A stretch of 6,363 nucleotides of DNA, from positions 1 through 6,363 of the forward strand of contig JAWOFX010000042.1 of assembly GCA_046497275.1 (NCBI GenBank). The letters are read 5' to 3'. The position numbers and the translations under genes are program-made. This DNA is from Promethearchaeia archaeon. Its GTDB lineage: Archaea; Asgardarchaeota; Lokiarchaeia; Sigyniarchaeales; SOKP01. Below, piece by piece: positions 1 to 5,481 of the stretch (positions within the stretch are counted from its first letter, which is position 1; every line of letters begins with the position of its first letter). The notes below the pieces were generated by a model. That model did not search any database. It saw nothing but the letters and a program-made list of their open reading frames with translations, and had not been told where the DNA came from.

Positions 1-192
1 GCCTCCTTTTTTTCTTGTATTTTTTTCTTGATAGGAATTATATTCTTTTATTATGTTTTCAAACTCTTTTTTGGAAAGTGATACAAAATCTAACTTTCCA
101 CCTTCTTGACTGAAATCTACATAATCTTCATCAAATACAACCCATGTATTGTTATTTATCTCTATCCGTTTATCTTTCCATTTCTCACTCAT
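1..192 (-). CDS. Small hypothetical protein, runs off the left edge (at least 64 aa: MSEKWKDKRIEINNNTWVVFDEDYVDFSQEGGKLDFVSLSKKEFENIIKEYNSYQEKNTRKKGG...)
   Basis: Hand translation; absent from the ORF track because there is no stop in the window. ATG at 192-190 lies 4 nt after the stop of the 197-550 gene, and the frame is open to base 1. AGGAGG at the window edge may be the RBS of a following gene. Confidence 0.75.
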   Translation of the reverse strand, partial: MSEKWKDKRIEINNNTWVVFDEDYVDFSQEGGKLDFVSLSKKEFENIIKEYNSYQEKNTRKKGG

Positions 193-196
193 CTCT

Positions 197-550
197 TTAT
201 TCATTTTTATTAATCCCTCTCTCTTTTGTTGTTGTTATTTTACCATATCTCTCGATGAAGTCTAAGAGATTAGGTAATTTTAAATCTTTTATTTTTTTAG
301 GATATTTTGCATATAATGCTTTAGGTATTTTTCCGATAGGTTGTAAATTAATTTCTTTTGTTTTTTTTGTTTCAGGATTATATTCTGTATCATAAATATA
401 AAAATAGGTCCAATTCCTATCTACTACATGTTTGACATTTGGAAAGTCTAATTCTTGAATGAGTTTTTTGATCTCTTTAAGTGCATCTTCTTGGTTTAAC
501 GTTGCGATCCATTTTATTTTCTCATAGATTTTTTCTAATTGTTCACTCAT
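197..550 (-). CDS. Hypothetical protein, 117 aa, with a possible beta-hairpin nucleic-acid-binding segment (YFYIYDTEYNPETKKTKEINLQPIGKI)
   Basis: ORF track 197..568. Start revised to the MSEQ ATG at 550 because TTATAAAT (581-574) ends 23 nt upstream, typical of a leaderless archaeal mRNA. Confidence 0.8.
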   Translation of the reverse strand: MSEQLEKIYEKIKWIATLNQEDALKEIKKLIQELDFPNVKHVVDRNWTYFYIYDTEYNPETKKTKEINLQPIGKIPKALYAKYPKKIKDLKLPNLLDFIERYGKITTTKERGINKNE

Positions 551-573
551 ATATGGGAGAATAATCATTCTAT

Positions 574-589
574 ATTTATAACCTCTTTC
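574..589 (-). promoter_or_regulatory. Archaeal-type BRE-TATA promoter of the 117-aa gene
   Basis: Minus strand reads GAAAGA-gg-TTATAAAT, 23 nt upstream of the ATG at 550. Confidence 0.6.
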
Positions 590-601
590 TATTAATAGAA
601 A
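586..601. repeat. Perfect 16-bp palindrome TTTCTATTAATAGAAA overlapping the BRE
   Basis: Read directly from the sequence. AT-rich, so chance is not excluded. Confidence 0.5.
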
Positions 602-617
602 AATAATATTAAAAAAA

Positions 618-839
618 TTAAGATAATGATATCCTTAGTCTATTATTCTTGCAGTTAGGACAACAAATCCTATGGATTCGTTCAGTAATACCCTCTAAAT
701 AATGATCTAATTCCTCATAATGATACGAAGTATGGCATTCATAACACCAGAAAACACAATCGTTTAAGGATATTTCTTGTGAGGAGGCATCCCGCTCCTT
801 TTGGGACCCATTTTTGGGTTTTTTTCCAATGGTCATCAT
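618..839 (-). CDS. Small zinc-ribbon protein, 72-73 aa (C-x2-C-x24-C-x2-C)
   Basis: CYEC and CPNC motifs; basic low-complexity N-terminus; TATA (867-860) lies 20-23 nt upstream of ATG 839/836. Confidence 0.75.
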   Translation of the reverse strand: MMTIGKKPKNGSQKERDASSQEISLNDCVFWCYECHTSYHYEELDHYLEGITERIHRICCPNCKNNRLRISLS

Positions 840-859
840 TATTATAGAATCTTTTTTTG

Positions 860-895
860 TATATAAGTCTTTCGACTAACCGAAACATTTATATA
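860..895. promoter_or_regulatory. Back-to-back divergent archaeal BRE-TATA promoters
   Basis: Minus: gtCGAAAga-CTTATATA (876-860). Plus: cCGAAAca-TTTATATA (880-895). They point into the two divergent gene sets. Confidence 0.75.
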
Positions 896-951
896 TCCTA
901 AATCATATCTAGTAACATAACTAAACTAAAAAAATTAAAAAAGTGAGAAAA

Positions 952-1080
952 ATGAAAGTAGAGATTAAAGAAAATGTTTTTACTGAAATGTGTAAGATGA
1001 GGGATGCATATAGACCAAACCAAGATATTATAGAATTCATCAATGATGTTTTACATAATGAATATGAGGAGGAGTATTAA
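952..1080 (+). CDS. RHH/CopG-like microprotein, 42 aa (MKVEIKENVFTEMCKMRDAYRPNQDIIEFINDVLHNEYEEEY)
   Basis: Hand translation, below the ORF-track cutoff. First ATG after the plus-strand promoter, preceded by GTGAG. Alternating N-terminal strand followed by two amphipathic helices; fold call is by pattern only. Confidence 0.65.
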   Translation: MKVEIKENVFTEMCKMRDAYRPNQDIIEFINDVLHNEYEEEY

Positions 1081-1081
1081 G

Positions 1082-1288
1082 ATGGCACCAGAATATAACA
1101 GAAATATGAAATTGATTTACTATACCAACGGGCAGATTGAGATCATTGAAGATGATCCTAACGCAGAAAATAGAAAAGAACAGATTGCTAATAGAAAGTA
1201 TTTGTTTACATTTGAGAACAAATATGAATTATTAGATCTATTGCGATCTGATAAACATCTATGGAAAATAATAAAAAAAATATTATAA
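1082..1288 (+). CDS. Hypothetical protein, 68 aa (MAPEYNRN...)
   Basis: ORF track 1043..1288. Start moved to ATG 1082, which follows GAGGAGGAG and abuts the stop of the 42-aa ORF. Confidence 0.75.
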   Translation: MAPEYNRNMKLIYYTNGQIEIIEDDPNAENRKEQIANRKYLFTFENKYELLDLLRSDKHLWKIIKKIL

Positions 1289-1339
1289 AAAAAAGAGATA
1301 AGGGAGAAAAAATGCATACAAAAAAATGGAGGAATGAAA

Positions 1340-1480
1340 ATGAAAATTGAAATTGACATAAATAGGGAAAATTGGGATCTCCTTTCTGAATATTTCCCTG
1401 AATTAAATGATTTAACCGATATGGAATTATCTCAAAGAACTTCAGAAATTATCAATGCAATATTAAGAAGTGAATTGTAA
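1340..1480 (+). CDS. Second RHH-like microprotein, 46 aa (MKIEIDINRENWDLLSEYFPELNDLTDMELSQRTSEIINAILRSEL)
   Basis: Hand translation. GGAGGA RBS at 1328-1333, 6 nt before the ATG at 1340. Similar pattern to the 952-1080 ORF. Confidence 0.65.
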   Translation: MKIEIDINRENWDLLSEYFPELNDLTDMELSQRTSEIINAILRSEL

Positions 1481-1504
1481 AACCTATATATAATTATAAT
1501 TTAT

Positions 1505-1521
1505 CGAAAAAAATATTTAAA
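1505..1521 (+). promoter_or_regulatory. BRE-TATA promoter for the 221-aa/93-aa gene pair
   Basis: CGAAAAAAA-TATTTAAA, with the same CGAAA element as three other promoters. Confidence 0.55.
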
Positions 1522-1530
1522 AATAAAATA

Positions 1531-1561
1531 ATTTTTTATTTCTCTTTTCTGTTTTCTATTT
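1531..1561 (+). terminator. T-rich tract, probable terminator of the microprotein operon
   Basis: ATTTTTTATTTCTCTTTTCTGTTTTCTATTT, about 50 nt after the stop at 1480. Confidence 0.4.
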
Positions 1562-1603
1562 CAGAGAGCAGGGAGACACAATAAAAACAAAAAAGTGAAA
1601 AAA

Positions 1604-2269
1604 ATGATAAAAAATAAAAAAAAATCATTTGGAAAGGTTTACTCCAAATGGTTTAACGAAGAAATATGGGGGTATGAAACATATCCCTTTCGTTATATCC
1701 ATACAGGATATAATGACGGAAGACATATTCCATCTAAGACCTATTATTTAGATCTCCCGCCTGATATAACTGTAGAAAATATAAAAGGTAAGAAAGAGAG
1801 GGAACTCGTGAGAAAACAACTCTTTACGGAGGAAACCCCGTTTGATGAGGAGGAATTAGTGAGAAATATCATAAAAGATAATTTCTCAAAATACATAATA
1901 TCAAAGATACATTTGATCAGAGACCCTGATTCTATCGATCATCTCATCTCTGCGAAGGGATGGGGGATTGATATAAATGGGAAATCTCTCATATATCTTT
2001 ATGGATATGTAAGAGAGATCCCCAATGAAATAAAAATTGGAGAATTCTTTAATACATTCACTTCAAGAATCTCTACACCCTTGAGGGCACCCTACAATGA
2101 AATCGAGGGAGCCATTTCTCTCTATGGGATGAATGGGATCGATATGAAACCATTTATTCCTGAGATAAAGAAAAGAATTATTAACCATTTTCGAGAGTTT
2201 TATGCTAAAAGTGTTAAATTAACCCTTTTAGAAGAGAAAATTAACTTTAATATAATCAAAGGCGAATAG
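1604..2269 (+). CDS. Hypothetical protein, 221 aa, no recognisable motif
   Basis: ORF track 1595..2269 uses GTG. ATG 1604 is preferred because GTGA-A-run-ATG matches other leaders in the window. Confidence 0.85.
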   Translation: MIKNKKKSFGKVYSKWFNEEIWGYETYPFRYIHTGYNDGRHIPSKTYYLDLPPDITVENIKGKKERELVRKQLFTEETPFDEEELVRNIIKDNFSKYIISKIHLIRDPDSIDHLISAKGWGIDINGKSLIYLYGYVREIPNEIKIGEFFNTFTSRISTPLRAPYNEIEGAISLYGMNGIDMKPFIPEIKKRIINHFREFYAKSVKLTLLEEKINFNIIKGE

Positions 2270-2324
2270 AGAAGCCTATTTCTTAATTCTCTAAAAATAA
2301 ACTAAAATAAAAAAATGAAAAAAA

Positions 2325-2606
2325 ATGGGAAAAGATATAACAATGAGTTTAGAAGAAATGAAAGAAGAATTTGAATATATTAATTGGAATGAGTTATATT
2401 TCTATGCAAAAGATCACGATGAAGCAGGAAAGATCGAAAGGAGACAAAAAAGGCTTCCAGACCCTGCAGTAATACATGGTATTTTAGTTCAGAATGATCG
2501 TTATCGAAACTTACCTTCACATCAGAAAAGAGTGATTGAATTATATAGTAGAATGGAAGCATTAGTAGATTTTGAGCTTCAAACTATTGAATGGATAGAA
2601 AAATAA
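2325..2606 (+). CDS. Hypothetical protein, 93 aa
   Basis: ORF track; hydrophilic helical composition; A-rich leader; followed by a T-tract. Confidence 0.8.
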   Translation: MGKDITMSLEEMKEEFEYINWNELYFYAKDHDEAGKIERRQKRLPDPAVIHGILVQNDRYRNLPSHQKRVIELYSRMEALVDFELQTIEWIEK

Positions 2607-2640
2607 CCTTCTTTTTTTTTATTATATTTTTTTTATTTTT
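2607..2640 (+). terminator. Oligo-T terminator between convergent genes
   Basis: CCTTCTTTTTTTTTATTATATTTTTTTT directly after the TAA at 2606. Confidence 0.6.
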
Positions 2641-3130
2641 ATGAATAGAAATTTGGAGTTCCAAATCCATTAGATTTGAATTTCCCTGAGGAGAATTCTT
2701 GAATAATTCCAACTGCACACACATCAATAAAAAAGAGCCTTCGTATAGTATCGGAGAGAGTATTTACTTTAATTTCCGAATCATCTTCATAATGTAGATG
2801 ATATACTAGTCCATAGTTTTTATTTTTGAAATCTAATTTATGATGAATCTCCTTAATCATAAAAAATTTAGAAATGATCCCAAAAAGCTCTTTTTGTTTA
2901 TCTTCATTCAAATCCTTAAGATGTTCGGGAGAGATTTTAGTCATTGTTTGGATCTCTATCCCTTGTTTCTTTTTAGGTTTGGCGATTATAAAGGTTCTCC
3001 CTTTTTTATTAGGATATTGAAATCGAAAGCCAAACTCTAAGTTAGGATCGTGGAGTGTTTCTTTCAATTGACCAATAGATTTTATAAATTTTCTAATTCT
3101 TACTTGTAATGTGTTAGGCATACTTATCAT
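2639..3130 (-). CDS. DUF2299-like (YbjN/T3SS-chaperone-fold) archaeal protein, 160-163 aa
   Basis: DPNLEFGFRFQYP...KPK...TKISPEH...L and a C-terminal ..YS resemble, from memory, archaeal DUF2299 proteins, especially lokiarchaeal ones. TTTAAAAA (3158-3151) upstream. Not verified by search. Confidence 0.6.
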   Translation of the reverse strand: MISMPNTLQVRIRKFIKSIGQLKETLHDPNLEFGFRFQYPNKKGRTFIIAKPKKKQGIEIQTMTKISPEHLKDLNEDKQKELFGIISKFFMIKEIHHKLDFKNKNYGLVYHLHYEDDSEIKVNTLSDTIRRLFFIDVCAVGIIQEFSSGKFKSNGFGTPNFYS

Positions 3131-3200
3131 ATAATATATTTTAATATGAATTTTTAAACTAATTTATTTTAACTTTAATAGTTTTTTCCTGGTATAGAAG

Positions 3201-3677
3201 TTATAAATATGATGAAAGAATCATTTGTTCAGGAAGGAAAAACTCTAAATGTAGTCTATAATTAGTTCTAAGTTTTTTTGCTGGGATAATTTTATGATCG
3301 ATTAATGATAAATCATCTTTATTGAAACTTTTCTTATTTAGTTTTTGTCGGAGTAATTTAAATTGATCTATATCTATTAATACAATTTTTTCGAATTCAT
3401 GTAAACTCACTAAGAAATATGCATCTCCTGATTTCTTCTTGAATTCAATTAATTCCCGGATTTGATGATCTTTAAATCGTGAAAATGAAATCAATTTTCG
3501 TTTGGTTTTTTTTAATTCTAATGCGATATTCTTTTCTCGTGATAGTAAAATACGATCTACCGTTTGTTTTGGTTTTTGATAGGTAGGCACATCAGTTTCA
3601 TTAATCATAAAAAAATAGTGTTTCAAATATTTTTTATATCCTAAATCAAATGCTTTCTCTAATTTATTTGTAGCCAT
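3201..3677 (-). CDS. recU: RecU-family Holliday junction resolvase (PD-(D/E)xK nuclease), 158 aa
   Basis: LE..F...YKKYL N-terminus; QTVD41...IALE54LK56; SRFKDHQIRELIEF...GDAYFLVS parallels RecU STTD...FEAKET...NFHDHQIEHM...GICFVIIS. The ATG at 3677 is supported by the duplicated copy, which conserves MATNKLEK. Confidence 0.8.
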   Translation of the reverse strand: MATNKLEKAFDLGYKKYLKHYFFMINETDVPTYQKPKQTVDRILLSREKNIALELKKTKRKLISFSRFKDHQIRELIEFKKKSGDAYFLVSLHEFEKIVLIDIDQFKLLRQKLNKKSFNKDDLSLIDHKIIPAKKLRTNYRLHLEFFLPEQMILSSYL

Positions 3678-3743
3678 ACTTATAAGAAAATAAAATATCA
3701 AGATTCATCTTTAGAAAGAGTATGGTAATTTAGTGATTTATTT
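3550..3743. repeat. Long direct repeat, copy 1 (R element plus recU codons 1-43); partner at 5482-5675
   Basis: Ungapped hand alignment at offset 1,932; 27 mismatches over 3553-3743 (191 nt, about 86% identity). Confidence 0.95.
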
Positions 3744-3749
3744 GGTTTT
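3697..3749. repeat. R element copy 1 (ATCAAGATTCATCTTTAGAAAGAGTATGGTAATTTAGTGATTTATTTGGTTTT)
   Basis: 49/53 identical to 4553-4605 (first 25 nt identical); 40/47 identical to 5629-5675. Confidence 0.95.
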
Positions 3750-3759
3750 ATAGTAATAA

Positions 3760-3784
3760 TTCTCAAAAGTGCCACTTTTGAGAA
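3760..3784. promoter_or_regulatory. 25-bp palindrome TTCTCAAAAGTG-C-CACTTTTGAGAA (12-bp perfect arms); operator-like or cruciform-forming
   Basis: Read directly. Lies between divergent genes and overlaps the BRE-like GAGAAAG of the 237-aa gene promoter. Confidence 0.7.
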
Positions 3785-3795
3785 AGATATTTAAG
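3780..3795 (+). promoter_or_regulatory. BRE-TATA-like promoter of the 237-aa gene
   Basis: GAGAAAGA-TATTTAAG, about 30 nt upstream of the ATG at 3825. Confidence 0.5.
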
Positions 3796-3824
3796 TGAGA
3801 ACTTCCTCTAGTTTCTTGAGAAAA

Positions 3825-4538
3825 ATGACTATTGAAAAAGTTATAGAAGAAATAAAGAACTATAATAACTCTTTAGAAGGAGTTTGGAAATTAAATAGAA
3901 GAATGAGGAATATTGAAGAATTCATTGATTTTATCTTAGATTATTTCGAAATGAAAGAGATTAAAGATCGTTTTCATGATGATTTCCTATATCCAAATGA
4001 GAGAGAAAGTTATTATCGTCAGAAGTCAGAGAATTTTAATTATATTGAACATTTTCTAAGACATATTAAACCATTTTTATTGTTGGCATATAGATTGTCT
4101 TGGAATGAAGATATTTGTAAATCTTTAGAAGAAAAGAATCTTACTGAAGAGTCTATTGAAAATATGATATATAATTTTACTAATCTAGAGAGAACAGGAA
4201 GGCCAAGAAAATTTTATGAATTTGAATTAGAAGCCTTTCAGAACTTTAAAAAAAAATATGAAAAATTAAAAGATTTCTATGAAGATAAAGAGGAACAAGA
4301 ACGAAAATCTTTAATGGATTATGCAAAAGCTATCAAAAAATACAATATAACAAAAACATATCTTCACGAGTTTAGAATTGAATTTAGACATTTCAAAAGA
4401 AAAATAGACAAATGTAGTCAATCTACTCTTTACCGATATGATAAGGATTTGATTCTTTTTGAAAAGATTTCGTATTTAGTAGAACTTCTCTTAGATGATT
4501 ATCAACATTTTGAATATATTATACAGAATAAATTATAA
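3825..4538 (+). CDS. All-alpha putative DNA-binding protein, 237 aa, with a split Hin/homeodomain-like HTH signature (GRPRK ... SQSTLYRY)
   Basis: ORF track 3795..4538 uses GTG inside the TATA region; ATG 3825 is preferred. The motifs resemble Hin GRPRA...GVSTLYRYF but are 68 rather than about 28 residues apart. The CDS is solid; the function is tentative. Confidence 0.8.
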   Translation: MTIEKVIEEIKNYNNSLEGVWKLNRRMRNIEEFIDFILDYFEMKEIKDRFHDDFLYPNERESYYRQKSENFNYIEHFLRHIKPFLLLAYRLSWNEDICKSLEEKNLTEESIENMIYNFTNLERTGRPRKFYEFELEAFQNFKKKYEKLKDFYEDKEEQERKSLMDYAKAIKKYNITKTYLHEFRIEFRHFKRKIDKCSQSTLYRYDKDLILFEKISYLVELLLDDYQHFEYIIQNKL

Positions 4539-4550
4539 TTCTTTTTTTCT
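4539..4550 (+). terminator. Oligo-T terminator of the 237-aa gene
   Basis: TTCTTTTTTTCT right after the TAA, immediately before R copy 2. Confidence 0.55.
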
Positions 4551-4552
4551 GA

Positions 4553-4605
4553 ATCAAGATTCATCTTTAGAAAGAGTGTGATGATTTAGTGAATTATTTG
4601 GTTTT
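4553..4605. repeat. R element copy 2 (stand-alone, not followed by recU)
   Basis: 49/53 identity to copy 1; sits between the convergent 3' ends of the 237-aa and 171-aa genes. Confidence 0.95.
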
Positions 4606-4622
4606 CAGTTTTGTTATTTATA

Positions 4623-5138
4623 TTATTGATTTACATAAATCAAGATGAGGGGAACTTTATGTCCATAATAATGACAAGTATTAATTCTATGATTTCCATC
4701 ATTTCCCATTAAATATCCTCTTTCATCATCCCATATTCTAGTAACTGGAGAAATGGATTCTATATAATCATAAATCCCATCAGGAATATGATGTGTATCG
4801 GAATGCTCAGATGCACATAACTCCGAAGATGGAGATAAATATAGAAAACGAATATCAGTTATATCATCCTTACTATACCCACAATCATAAAGCATACTAA
4901 TTGCATCATAATAATTCTCATCTAAATATACAATCTTCTCCTTTAATGAGAGGGTCTTTGTTCTTGTCTTCAGTTCCTCTAAAATATGATTTCTTGGTTC
5001 TCTTTTTGTTTTTGTTTCATCTATATTCTTATATCTTCTTCCTTTGATATGATAGTGTTGTTTATGAGGTTTTACCTTCTCTGTTTTCCCGTTCTTCTTA
5101 CGAATGTATCCGCTCTTTTTCTTTATAATTTTTGGCAT
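4623..5138 (-). CDS. ParB/Srx-like domain protein with a highly basic N-terminal arm, 171 aa
   Basis: C-terminal SPVTRIWD..GYLMGNDGNHRINTCHYYGHKVPLIL fits the ParB/Srx P...DG(H/N)HR..a...g..vP pattern (DGNHR at 4700-4686). N-terminus KKKSGYIRKKNGKTEKVKPHK. Confidence 0.7.
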   Translation of the reverse strand: MPKIIKKKSGYIRKKNGKTEKVKPHKQHYHIKGRRYKNIDETKTKREPRNHILEELKTRTKTLSLKEKIVYLDENYYDAISMLYDCGYSKDDITDIRFLYLSPSSELCASEHSDTHHIPDGIYDYIESISPVTRIWDDERGYLMGNDGNHRINTCHYYGHKVPLILIYVNQ

Positions 5139-5241
5139 AACTTATCTAATATAAATATAAGTGATTATCTTACTTAAAAATAAAACAAACAGATATTTAA
5201 GCATTAATAGAAATAATTTGTTAAAATAAAGTATCTTGTAT

Positions 5242-5481
5242 TTATATTATTGGTTTGAGTTCTTTCTCTATCGCTTTTCGTTCCTTTCTTAAATCACTAA
5301 TATGATCACTAATATTTATGCCTATTTTTGCATATAAGCTGGGATATCTTTTTGCATCTTCTATCTTTTCATCAATGTTTTTTATTTTAGAAGAATAATT
5401 ATAAAATGATCTTAATTGTGATAATGCAGGATTATTGGGATCAATTGCCTTTATTCGATGATATGCTTTACTAGATACTTG
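5242..5481 (-). pseudogene. Headless ORF remnant, 79 codons plus stop, no start codon (QVSSKAYHRIKAIDPNNPALSQLRSFYNYSSKIKNIDEKIEDAKRYPSLYAKIGINISDHISDLRKERKAIEKELKPII)
   Basis: Hand translation. Begins exactly where recU homology ends, in the -1 frame relative to the recU fragment. Confidence 0.6.

Noticed and set aside
144-395. ORF-track 83-aa plus-strand ORF
   Set aside because: Antisense shadow of two better-supported minus-strand genes; Phe/Leu/Ser-rich composition typical of reverse-read AT-rich DNA.
782-820. GC-rich patch with small hairpins (AGGAG..CTCCT; ACCCA-TTTT-TGGGT)
   Set aside because: Stems of only 5 bp within the coding sequence of the Zn-ribbon gene.
1312-1350. 12-codon ORF MHTKKWRNENEN after GGGAG
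   Set aside because: Too short to support; it overlaps the RBS and start of the 46-aa ORF.
1120-1359. ORF-track 79-aa minus-strand ORF
   Set aside because: Shadow of the plus-strand operon; Phe/Ile-rich, no signals.
2380-2562. ORF-track 60-aa minus-strand ORF
   Set aside because: Antisense to the 93-aa gene; no supporting signals.
2840-3040. ORF-track 66-aa plus-strand ORF
   Set aside because: Antisense to the DUF2299-like gene.
3697-3773. R as a conserved small peptide (...PNKSLNYHTLSKDES* or MNLDILFSYKYGYK*)
   Set aside because: The first frame has in-frame stops in copy 3 and immediately upstream of copy 2. The uORF differs in length and sequence between copies 1 and 3 and is absent after copy 2.
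4986-5177. ORF-track 63-aa plus-strand ORF
   Set aside because: Reverse read of the Lys-rich N-terminus of the ParB-like gene; the hydrophobicity is an artefact.
5293-5315. Tandem ATCACTAATAT-G-ATCACTAATAT, also partly matching R in inverted orientation
   Set aside because: A single 12-bp in-frame duplication (ISD-H-ISD) in AT-rich DNA; the 11-bp match to R is within chance.
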